From NCBI GenBank assembly GCA_937872165.1, contig CALMOR010000062.1:1-49055 (forward strand): a DNA stretch of 49,055 nt, in the 5' to 3' direction. A program made the position numbers and the translations under genes. Under the pieces are notes generated by a model that was not told where the DNA came from, searched no databases, and saw only the letters and a program-made list of their open reading frames with translations. Positions 26,400 to 34,229 of this stretch are shown here, piece by piece. The number at the start of each line of letters is the position of its first letter. Position 1 is the stretch's first letter. This DNA is from an uncultured Burkholderiales bacterium. GTDB lineage: Bacteria; Pseudomonadota; Gammaproteobacteria; Burkholderiales; Burkholderiaceae_D.

Positions 26400-27294
26400 G
26401 TCGCAGCTGTCTCCTGCGTGCGCGACGAGTCGCGTACATCCCGACCCCCAGTCCGCCGAACAGAAGTGCCAGCGTGCCTGGCTCCGGCACGGCGTTCGTG
26501 GCGTTCGATCCCACGTCCGAGTCCGGGACGCCTCGCCCGGGGGTCGGGACGCCGAGGAGCGGCGGCCGCGCGCGCACGAGCGGGTACAGCAGCTGAGCGA
26601 CTCGCTCGCGGCGCCTCGCGGCCGGCGTGTTCGGGACCGCCTCGGGTCCGTACGGCGCCCACTTGCCTGCCGGGTAGATGGGCCTGACCGCCGCCACCGC
26701 CTCCTCGATCGGAAAGATGGCGTCCAGGTTGCGACAGACGTCCCACACGGCCAGGTACTGATCACCAACCTTGTAGAGGTCGCCCGCCTCCTCCGCGCCG
26801 TTCGAGCGGAAGTTGGTGGACGTACCGAGGCAGACGATGTCGCGACCGTACGCTTGCGCACTCGTCGGCGCGAACATGACGTGCGTCGTCGATACCATCT
26901 GGACGTTCGAGCGGTGCACGCGGCCGACGATCTGATGCGCTGCGATCTGCCGGGCGCCCTCGCGCGCGTCGTCGGAGCTCATGAACATCGCTCTGAGCGC
27001 GCTGTAGTTGTCGCCGCGCCACGGGTTCGAGCCCGGCTTGCCCCACAGGCAGCCTGCCTTGACCTGGATCGGCAGCTGCTTCAGCTCGGGCTCGACGAGG
27101 GCCGGGGGGAGGGCGGCCGGCTCGCCCAGCCACTGATCGCCCGGAGTCAGGTACTGCCCCGCTGGCGCCGGCCACGCGTACTTGATTGCCAAACCGATCC
27201 CGACGCCCAGCGCAATCGATAGGCCCAGCGTCAATGGGGCGTTAGTCAACCAGCTCCAGCGCTGCCGGGCTAGGTCCCGCTCGTACCTGCTCAT
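26392..27294 (-). CDS. PEP-CTERM sorting-domain protein
   Basis: C-terminal VPEPGTLALLFGGLGVGMYATRRARRR (PEP motif, TM, Arg cluster); N-terminal hydrophobic segment; ATG 27294 in an ATGA overlap. Confidence 0.9.
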   Translation of the reverse strand: MSRYERDLARQRWSWLTNAPLTLGLSIALGVGIGLAIKYAWPAPAGQYLTPGDQWLGEPAALPPALVEPELKQLPIQVKAGCLWGKPGSNPWRGDNYSALRAMFMSSDDAREGARQIAAHQIVGRVHRSNVQMVSTTHVMFAPTSAQAYGRDIVCLGTSTNFRSNGAEEAGDLYKVGDQYLAVWDVCRNLDAIFPIEEAVAAVRPIYPAGKWAPYGPEAVPNTPAARRRERVAQLLYPLVRARPPLLGVPTPGRGVPDSDVGSNATNAVPEPGTLALLFGGLGVGMYATRRARRRQLRRD

Positions 27295-27608
27295 GCGATG
27301 ACTCCTGATCCATGGCACGGCTCGCAACGGGTCTTGACCCGCGTCATGCCGCGCTGCTTCGCTCGGACTCCCTTGCCGCTACACGCCTTGCAGTATGAGT
27401 AGCACAGCTCCAGGAGGTCGTTGTAACCCTTGCGGTCCTTCTCGCGCTTGACGAGACTGTACGCCTGGTTGATCTTGGCGGCCTGCTCTGCGCGCTCAGG
27501 GTGCCGGTCCGGGTGATGCTCGGCCGCGAGGGCGCGCCACGCCAGGTGAATCTCCTCGTCGGTCGACTCGCGGTGAATACCCAGGGTCTGGTACGCGGTC
27601 GGCATCAT
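27291..27608 (-). CDS. J-domain (DnaJ-like) protein with a zinc finger
   Basis: YQTLGI...EI..AWR.LA...HHPDR...INQAY plus CKACSGKG and CEPCHGSG. Confidence 0.88.
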   Translation of the reverse strand: MMPTAYQTLGIHRESTDEEIHLAWRALAAEHHPDRHPERAEQAAKINQAYSLVKREKDRKGYNDLLELCYSYCKACSGKGVRAKQRGMTRVKTRCEPCHGSGVIA

Positions 27609-28498
27609 CGATCCTCCCAGGTAGCGGCCACGTCGAGGAGCTGCTTGCGCTCGCGCTCCTGCGTTGCGATCATCTTGGCTCTCCGACCTTCGTCCAGGTA
27701 TCCCGAGATGGCGTCATAGATGAGCTGCTGCGTGACGCGCGGTTCGAGCGCATCCAGCTCCCAGGATTCGTACCCGTACAGCTTGACGTACCCCTCGGCG
27801 CGCGAGTCAGACATCTTGGCCGGGTTCGGCGGCGGGCTGTACTCCTCGATCTGGTTCATGTTGAGCGCGATCCGATCCACCGTGACCTCGTCCTGAGCGA
27901 ACATCGACAGCCGATCGAAATTGTCGCGCGTCATGTCGATCCCGCTCGGATCGTGGTCGCCCAGGTGAATGACCACGGGGCGCTGCCCGCGTCGCAGGGC
28001 GTCAGCGAATCGCATGCCGGCGCGCCACTGCTCGGACTGCGAGACGTAACCGCGGCAGGCGAAGTAGGGCACGTCCATGTCGACGGCCACGGGCTCGACA
28101 ACGCCGATCAGCGCGTCCTTCTCCACCCAGACCTCCACATAGTGCTCCTGCCCCTCCCACGTGTCGCGTCGATAGCTGCGCGCGGCCGACTGAATGATGC
28201 TCTGCGGCGATCCCCAGTGGCTGTTCTCACGAACATTGCGCGTACGATCCTCGATCGACAGCCAGCTGACGAGGCCGGCCAGGCGCGCGTTGCTGATGAG
28301 CTCGCCCAAGCTGTCGTAGGACTTCGTGGTGTTGGGCAAGATGTCGCGCGCAACGAACTGATAGTACAGCTGTCGCAGCGTCAGCTGAATGCCCAACGCA
28401 TCGTACTCGGCGATGATGCCGTTGGCCTGCGCGATGAGCGCCTGGTTCACCTTGGTGAAGCGCTTCTCCTGGTACTGGATGAGGACGGGGCTAACCAC
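27605..28498 (-). CDS. Winged-helix + Toprim protein (TopoVI-A/Spo11/JetD-like)
   Basis: LTLRQLYYQ, VEVWVEKDAL, RGY.S, GDHDPSGIDM and WELDAL. Confidence 0.8.
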   Translation of the reverse strand: MVSPVLIQYQEKRFTKVNQALIAQANGIIAEYDALGIQLTLRQLYYQFVARDILPNTTKSYDSLGELISNARLAGLVSWLSIEDRTRNVRENSHWGSPQSIIQSAARSYRRDTWEGQEHYVEVWVEKDALIGVVEPVAVDMDVPYFACRGYVSQSEQWRAGMRFADALRRGQRPVVIHLGDHDPSGIDMTRDNFDRLSMFAQDEVTVDRIALNMNQIEEYSPPPNPAKMSDSRAEGYVKLYGYESWELDALEPRVTQQLIYDAISGYLDEGRRAKMIATQERERKQLLDVAATWEDR

Positions 28499-28610
28499 GG
28501 CGCTGTCTCCCGGTGACGATGCGAACGAGGGCGCAGGCGATCTGCCACAACGCCTCGGCCCAGTTGGTCGGCGGCCGGCGCCGCTCGAACTGCTGCGTGT
28601 AGAAGTTCAC
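28491..28610 (-). CDS. 39-aa hypothetical peptide
   Basis: GTG 28610 in a GTGA overlap; fills the gap to the Toprim gene. Confidence 0.45.
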   Translation of the reverse strand: MNFYTQQFERRRPPTNWAEALWQIACALVRIVTGRQRRG

Positions 28611-29185
28611 GGCAGCACCCCCGCGTCGCGCAGCCACACCTTCAGCTCAGCGAGCCCCTGGTCCATCTGGAGGATCGCGAGCTGCGTCCGCCGCCGCTGA
28701 CCGCCGGGCAGCGCCTCGTCGAGGTGCCGCATGGCCGAGTGAATCTTGCCGGCGCTCGACGCCCAGTCGCAGACCTCGACCTTGCGCGGTCCGGTGTCGA
28801 AGCTGCGCGACTCACGACGCAGCGTGTAGCCCGTCTCGGCCGACTTCTCGTTGAGCCCGTTGCCCAACCAGCTCTTGAGCGGGTCCTCGCTCGGCGGCGT
28901 CCAGCCCAGCTCGATCAGTTTGGTGCGCACCGCCTCCTCGTTCGCCGTGCTGAGGTCCGCCGTGACCATGACCGCGTCGGTATCGCTCGCGCCGCCGCCG
29001 TAGGCGAGGAACAGCGCGATTTCCTTCAGCAGGGCAGGGGTTGGCTCGCCCGCCTTCGTGGCCGCTGAGATGCGCTTGATCAGCTCCGCGCGCTTTGGCG
29101 TGAGCGGATCGCCCGAGCGTCGACGGTCGTGCGACGGGTCTTGCCCGCGGTCCTGATTCGTGTAGTCGCTCGTGGGTTCAGCCAT
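28607..29185 (-). CDS. Hypothetical protein
   Basis: ATG 29185 with AAGGAG RBS. Confidence 0.6.
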   Translation of the reverse strand: MAEPTSDYTNQDRGQDPSHDRRRSGDPLTPKRAELIKRISAATKAGEPTPALLKEIALFLAYGGGASDTDAVMVTADLSTANEEAVRTKLIELGWTPPSEDPLKSWLGNGLNEKSAETGYTLRRESRSFDTGPRKVEVCDWASSAGKIHSAMRHLDEALPGGQRRRTQLAILQMDQGLAELKVWLRDAGVLP

Positions 29186-29549
29186 GACGTCGCTCCTTGG
29201 ATGGAATCTCGAACGTGTTGTGCGACCCATCGCCGACCCCGGCCACCGTAGTGCTCAGGCGACGAAGGGCCGTGGTGACCGACCCGAAGATGCCGCTGGC
29301 GGCGCTCGGCCACTCGACCGGCTCCCAGTGCCCCTCGACCTCGGGCGCCTTCTTGAGGCCCCAGCGGATGCACCAGCGCTGAAGGCTCGTCAGCTCCGGC
29401 TCGGTGCTCGGCTCCTCGGGCGCGACGTACGACAGCAGGATGCCGCCGTCCACCAGCTCGATCTTGTTGTACACGTGCTTCGCGTTGAGCTCGTGCGCAT
29501 GATGACACAGAATGTTGCGGACATCGTCCGCTTCGATGAGGACCTTCAT
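29178..29549 (-). CDS. Hypothetical protein
   Basis: AAGGGAA RBS. Confidence 0.6.
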   Translation of the reverse strand: MKVLIEADDVRNILCHHAHELNAKHVYNKIELVDGGILLSYVAPEEPSTEPELTSLQRWCIRWGLKKAPEVEGHWEPVEWPSAASGIFGSVTTALRRLSTTVAGVGDGSHNTFEIPSKERRHG

Positions 29550-29617
29550 GGTAGTTCCCTTGAGATGGTAGAGAGTATCCGGGGGAACAGGCGCCCGGTC
29601 GCCTCGCGCGCCGGTTA

Positions 29618-30271
29618 TCAGCCGCGGCAGCTATTGGGCAGCCACTTCGCCTCGCTGGGCACGGTGGGCTCGCACTTCCACTGCTGCGGCGTCGCGCTGC
29701 CGGCGTCGGCCGCGTGGAGCGGCGTGCCGTCGGACTTGAGCGGCGTCATCTTCACCCCGGTCGTGAGACCCTGGATGTTCTGCGAGTCGGCCGTGATCAC
29801 GCCGTCCGGGTCCACGCTCATGCTCTTGAGGTACTTGGTGCCCTGGCCGACGCCGACGAGGCAGGTCCACGGCTTGGCCTGCGTCGACGTGCCGCCGTCC
29901 ATGACGTTGTAGAACTCCGTGACCTCCAGTCGGCAGGGCGCCGTCTGCAGCACGACCTCGGACATCTTGGTGCGCTTCGTGTAGTCCTGGTACGCCGGCA
30001 GCGCGATGGCTGCCAGGATGCCGATGATGGCCACGACGATCATGAGCTCGATCAACGTGAAGCCGCCCTGGCGGTTGCTGTCGAAGGGCATCGGTGCGCG
30101 CGCGGCGGCCGGCGTGCTGACGGTCGAGCTGCCGCGAAGCCGCGTGATGACGGCCTCCAGGTTGGCCTTCTCGGTGTCCCAGACCTCCTTGAGCTGCGCC
30201 TTCGTGTACAGATGAAACACGAGACCGAGACCGATCCCGATGGCAATGCCGATGATGATGTGGATGAGCAC
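29618..30271 (-). CDS. pilA: Type IVa major pilin with a 70-aa membrane-anchored N-terminal extension
   Basis: QGG|[30 protein letters not shown] prepilin signature with Glu5; C-terminal D-region Cys pair (WKC...LPNSCR); CAGGAGG RBS at GTG 30271. Confidence 0.93.
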   Translation of the reverse strand: MLIHIIIGIAIGIGLGLVFHLYTKAQLKEVWDTEKANLEAVITRLRGSSTVSTPAAARAPMPFDSNRQGGFTLIELMIVVAIIGILAAIALPAYQDYTKRTKMSEVVLQTAPCRLEVTEFYNVMDGGTSTQAKPWTCLVGVGQGTKYLKSMSVDPDGVITADSQNIQGLTTGVKMTPLKSDGTPLHAADAGSATPQQWKCEPTVPSEAKWLPNSCRG

Positions 30272-30323
30272 GACAACCTCCTGTGTAGATGATCAAGACA
30301 GGCGCGGAAGTGCGCCGGTCGCG

Positions 30324-30357
30324 AGGATACTGCGCAAACTGAAATGCCGTCTAGCCC
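30324..30357 (-). promoter_or_regulatory. Promoter GGGC-TAGACG-N18-TATCCT upstream of the pilin gene
   Basis: GGGCTAGACGGCA and GTATCCTCGCG are identical to the element at 25361-25393. Confidence 0.65.
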
Positions 30358-30851
30358 TTCTTTCCCTCCACCACGACCTCCTTCCACGGGGGCGTCGGGT
30401 CGCCGCCGACCTGCGTCACGCTGAGCCCGCCGTCCGCGAGCGTCCAGACAATCGAGTGATGGTAGTCCCAGCTGTCAGCATCGCGAACGTGTACCATGAA
30501 CGCTTCGACCGACGCCGTAATCGACTGGTCCTCCATCTGCCAGACCGCCACGCGCTCCTCGTACAGGTCGTCCTTCTCGCCGCGCTTCTGGATCGGGTAC
30601 AGCGACTCGAACGGGTACAGCGCCGCCCGGATCGCGCAGCTGATGCCGACCTCGTCATGCGCCAGCCAGAAGCGCGGGAACGCCGGCTTGGTCTTGAGGT
30701 CGACGGGCGCCGCGTCGAAGCGATGGATGACGTAGTTGAACTTCACGTCGACCGCCTGACCCTCCGGCAGGTGCTCCGGCCCGTAGTGGCCCGGCTCCGG
30801 CGCGACCTCGGCTCGCGGCTGCGCGCGTGGCGCGTTCTTGTTCCCGGTCAC
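30351..30851 (-). CDS. Hypothetical protein
   Basis: GTG 30851 with GGAGG RBS in a GTGA overlap. Confidence 0.6.
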   Translation of the reverse strand: MTGNKNAPRAQPRAEVAPEPGHYGPEHLPEGQAVDVKFNYVIHRFDAAPVDLKTKPAFPRFWLAHDEVGISCAIRAALYPFESLYPIQKRGEKDDLYEERVAVWQMEDQSITASVEAFMVHVRDADSWDYHHSIVWTLADGGLSVTQVGGDPTPPWKEVVVEGKKG

Positions 30852-31183
30852 GCCGTCCTCCGCGCCTTGATCTTCGCGTCCAGCTCCTGCAGGCGCTCGA
30901 TCGACTTGGAGGGCAGGTTGAGGAAACGCGGCGCCTCGGCCAGGATGATCTCGCGGATCGCGCGCAGTGAGGCGGCCTCCAGCTCGTCGATGTCGAGGTC
31001 GCGGCGCATCGCCTCGGCCGCCTCGGCCTTGATGACGGCGTCGGTGTCCCAGAGCCACTGGTTGCGATCGCGCTGATCGTTGTAGCCCCAGTGCATATGA
31101 AGGGCGGGCTGCTGATCGTGATTGCTCAGCTCGTCCTCGGTGAACTTCGTGTAGCTTCCTGCGTCTGCCTTGTTCATTGCCAA
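30848..31183 (-). CDS. Hypothetical protein
   Basis: GAGGGAG RBS; co-directional with the early operon. Confidence 0.55.
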   Translation of the reverse strand: MAMNKADAGSYTKFTEDELSNHDQQPALHMHWGYNDQRDRNQWLWDTDAVIKAEAAEAMRRDLDIDELEAASLRAIREIILAEAPRFLNLPSKSIERLQELDAKIKARRTA

Positions 31184-31189
31184 ACTCCC

Positions 31190-31378
31190 TCAGGTTAGGT
31201 GCTGCTTGAACCGCCCGTCCACGTACCCATCTCGATACATCTGCCAGACCTTGTACTCCAGCTTGATCATACCAAGTGGCGTCGCTCGATCAACGCCTCG
31301 CTTGGCGTGGTTCCTCAACCAGTAGTCGATGAACGACTCCTGAACCTCTCTCAGCTGCTCCTCAGTGAGCGCCTCCAT
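31190..31378 (-). CDS. Hypothetical protein
   Basis: ATG 2 nt after the primase stop (MEALTEEQL...). Confidence 0.55.
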   Translation of the reverse strand: MEALTEEQLREVQESFIDYWLRNHAKRGVDRATPLGMIKLEYKVWQMYRDGYVDGRFKQHLT

Positions 31379-31380
31379 GG

Positions 31381-33423
31381 TCAAAACTTCTTGAGGGCCA
31401 GCTGACCCCCGGGGTGATACTTGCGGTAGTGCTCGGTGATCGCCTGCGGCGTCGCCGCCTCCCAGGCCGCGTGATTGCGCAGCGCGAACGGCGTGATGAC
31501 GCCGGACCCGCCGCCCTCGGGGAACTTGATCTGCCGGAGGAGCCGATGCCCCGAGCGCTTGAGCTCGCGCGCGACGCCTTGCGCGGTGAGGCGCTTCTCG
31601 TTCGAGGGATCGAACGCGCGCAGCAGCTCCGCGGACGTGAACAGCTCGCAGTTGAGCTCGACGCCGTTCAGCATCACCGGCCCCTCGCGCCCGAGGTCGT
31701 GCACGAAGCGACCCAGCTCGCTCTTGCTGGTGATGATCATGTCGGCCTTCGCGCGCGTTCGGAGCGCTGCCGCCTGCGGATCGAAACCCGTGAGGTCGAG
31801 CGTGAGCAGGTAGTGGTACAGCGCCGCGATCCCGTCGTCCGAGTCGCGCCAGTCGACGTAGCGCCGCCTCAGCGCCTCGTCGATCATTCCACCCTTCACC
31901 TCGTGGATGAAGAACCGCCGATCGCTGTCGCTGAGCAGGAACGCGTCCGGGTCGTTTGACGTGAACAGGTAGTTGATCAGCGCGGGCGCGCTGTAGGATG
32001 GGATGTACTTGGGATTGAGCTGAACGAACTTCTGCGTGATCAGCGTGTTGAGCCGATTGCTGAGCTCGCGCGAGGCGTTCGCCGTGATGTCGTCGGCGAG
32101 GATGAACTGCTTGGACTCGGCCCACTCGTTGCGATCCTCGCGCAGCTGAGCATCCGTGATCTCGCCCGCATTCTTGCCATAGATGCGCATCAGCGTGTGC
32201 CCGACGAGCGTCTTGCCCGAGCCCATCGCCACGCCCCAGATCACCGCGGCCGTCGCCATCTTCGTGCCGAGGTGCTGGAGCGGGTACGCGCACCACTGCT
32301 CAAACCATCTGCGCGCTGCGGGCTCCGCTCCCTGGAACAGGTGATCAAGCAGCGCGATCCAGGGCTTCACGTCGCCCTTCTCCGGCGCGATCGGCATGCC
32401 GTGCCACGTGTTCAGGTAGCCCTCGGGCGTGATCCGATCCGCGCCGGGCGAGTACGTCAGGCCGAGCGTCGACGCTCGATGGGGCCACTTCAGCCACTCC
32501 TGCGCCAGGGGCTTTTCGGTCATCTTGATCTCGCCCTTCTGGTCGACGCGCGTGATCGTGAAGAAGCGATGACCGTAGTGGTGCTCCTTGAACCCGCCCG
32601 GCGCCATCTTCTGCATCGTGTCCCAGGCCACCACGATGCCCGGATCGCGGACATAGATGACCTCGGCGTTGAACCCGTGGAGCGCCGCGCTCGCTGCGTA
32701 GGGGATCGCGCCGTCCAGGACGCGCTCGAACGCCGCACGGCCGAGCTGAACGAGGTAGTCGTCCAGGCCCGTCTTACCGCGCCCCTCGATGTTGGGAAGG
32801 CGGCAGATGTTGACCTCCGCGCCGAGATTGGTGAGCGTCCGCGCCAGCTCGGACTCGGCCTGCACCACCTTCGGGTTCGACGCCGCGTCGCTGTCGTACA
32901 CGATGTACACGGGACGATCGGTCCAGACGAACTCGTTGAACAGGGGGAGGATCGGCAGGTTGTTCTTGGCAGCGCGAAACGACCAGACGCCCCCGAGCCC
33001 GAGCGTAGGCAGTCCGTACTTGATCGCGCAGGCCGCCTTCAGCTCGCCCTCCGTGATCAGCAGCGCGCGCTCGGCGTCCTCGGCAATCGCTCGCCAGGAG
33101 TGCTTCGGCCACGGGGGTAGGTACACCTCAGACAAGGAGTCTGTGGGCTGCACGTACCGGAGCGCCTTCACGGCCGTGAGCTTCGCGAGACCCGAGCGCG
33201 TGTCCTCCAGGTAGCGAAGCCGCCAGAACTTGGAGCGCTTGCCGTCGATGTCGAAGTACGGAAGGCGGAACCCGGCGAACGCGGGCTGTCCCAGGGCTTT
33301 CACTTCTACAGCTGTGAGCGGTTCGTAGCTGAGCCGCTTCGCATCGGCTGCGTCGAGGTCGGATTCAGACAGCTTGATCTCGAACGCGGCGCGCAACGCC
33401 TGTGGCGTCTTGAGCGTGGTCAT
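31381..33423 (-). CDS. Primase-helicase (DUF3854-type Toprim + SF3/D5-like helicase)
   Basis: ITEGELKA, GLGGVW, YDSD and GLDDYL; Walker A GVAMGSGKT; FTSNDPDA and DRRF. Confidence 0.9.
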   Translation of the reverse strand: MTTLKTPQALRAAFEIKLSESDLDAADAKRLSYEPLTAVEVKALGQPAFAGFRLPYFDIDGKRSKFWRLRYLEDTRSGLAKLTAVKALRYVQPTDSLSEVYLPPWPKHSWRAIAEDAERALLITEGELKAACAIKYGLPTLGLGGVWSFRAAKNNLPILPLFNEFVWTDRPVYIVYDSDAASNPKVVQAESELARTLTNLGAEVNICRLPNIEGRGKTGLDDYLVQLGRAAFERVLDGAIPYAASAALHGFNAEVIYVRDPGIVVAWDTMQKMAPGGFKEHHYGHRFFTITRVDQKGEIKMTEKPLAQEWLKWPHRASTLGLTYSPGADRITPEGYLNTWHGMPIAPEKGDVKPWIALLDHLFQGAEPAARRWFEQWCAYPLQHLGTKMATAAVIWGVAMGSGKTLVGHTLMRIYGKNAGEITDAQLREDRNEWAESKQFILADDITANASRELSNRLNTLITQKFVQLNPKYIPSYSAPALINYLFTSNDPDAFLLSDSDRRFFIHEVKGGMIDEALRRRYVDWRDSDDGIAALYHYLLTLDLTGFDPQAAALRTRAKADMIITSKSELGRFVHDLGREGPVMLNGVELNCELFTSAELLRAFDPSNEKRLTAQGVARELKRSGHRLLRQIKFPEGGGSGVITPFALRNHAAWEAATPQAITEHYRKYHPGGQLALKKF

Positions 33424-33565
33424 GCGTTCCCTTTGAGGCTAGTGGTGCCGAGTGAGCGACAAACGCCGGGGAGGCGCCGCGCCGAGCCCTGGGGCTCACG
33501 GTGAATCGAGGTACACGAAGGGTGGCGCCTACCGCGACGCCGCACCCGGTCACTAGCCGGCGCGG

Positions 33566-33595
33566 ATCGTAGCGGACCTCGCCACTGCGAGGCAA
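33566..33595 (-). promoter_or_regulatory. Sigma70-like promoter TTGCCT-N18-TACGAT for the primase operon
   Basis: Good consensus match in the gap upstream of the primase. Confidence 0.55.
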
Positions 33596-33598
33596 GCG

Positions 33599-33925
33599 TC
33601 ACTGCTTCGCCCCAGGAACCTCCCCGAAGTTGCGGCGTGCCCTGGCAACGGCGGTGCCCGGCTCCTCGCGCGCGGCCGCGTTCGACTGAAGCGACGCGAG
33701 CAGCTGCGACTTCTTGAGGGGCTTCGTGTTCAGGTAGTAGTTCGCGCCGACCCAGTACTGCGCACGCAGGTGATCCGAGCCGAGGGACTTGACCTCGAAC
33801 CGAACGCAAACATCCTGGTTCGCGATCCGCGTGTTCATGCCTTCATGTACCCGGTACGGCTCGGCCCAGTTGATGCGGCTGAGTGCTTCGCCTTCAAGGC
33901 GTGTGACTTCGGAGATGATGTCCAC
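33599..33925 (-). CDS. Hypothetical protein, first early gene
   Basis: GTG start with AAGGGAA RBS. Confidence 0.6.
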   Translation of the reverse strand: MDIISEVTRLEGEALSRINWAEPYRVHEGMNTRIANQDVCVRFEVKSLGSDHLRAQYWVGANYYLNTKPLKKSQLLASLQSNAAAREEPGTAVARARRNFGEVPGAKQ

Positions 33926-33959
33926 TTACTCGATTCCCTTAAGTGATTGATCGGATGAC

Positions 33960-34083
33960 GGTAACAGGGTAACTGAGCGCGCCGCCTATTCTCCCCTCCT
34001 GCTCTTTTACCTACCCTCCTACTACTCTACCCTAACTCTTCATGGGGGAGGAAGGGGAAAGATTTCAGTTACTACTACTTACC
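33960..34083. other. Divergent non-coding region with nested inverted repeats (origin or packaging-site candidate)
   Basis: GTAACTGA 33969-33976 pairs with TCAGTTAC 34065-34072; GGTAA/TTACC lie outside; a C/T-rich tract is followed by a G/A-rich tract inside. Confidence 0.4.
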
Positions 34084-34146
34084 GCGTTTTCGCGAGCGCT
34101 CGACATCTCAGCCTGAGCTGATGCTGAGAGTGACCCCTTATCATGG

Positions 34147-34180
34147 GGGCTAGACGTGCGCTGGCGAGCCACGGTATAAG
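34147..34180 (+). promoter_or_regulatory. Promoter GGGC-TAGACG-N18-TATAAG for the terminase/head operon
   Basis: Same -35 family as the early promoters. Confidence 0.55.
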
Positions 34181-34229
34181 GCCCCCGCACGCAGCGCCGT
34201 GCCCTCACCCTACTGCACATCGTCACCTC

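Noticed and set aside
29618-30271. Pilin as host contamination or a prophage boundary
   Set aside because: It is flanked by phage-type genes, shares the phage promoter motif and has no neighbouring host pil genes; read mapping would still be the final check.
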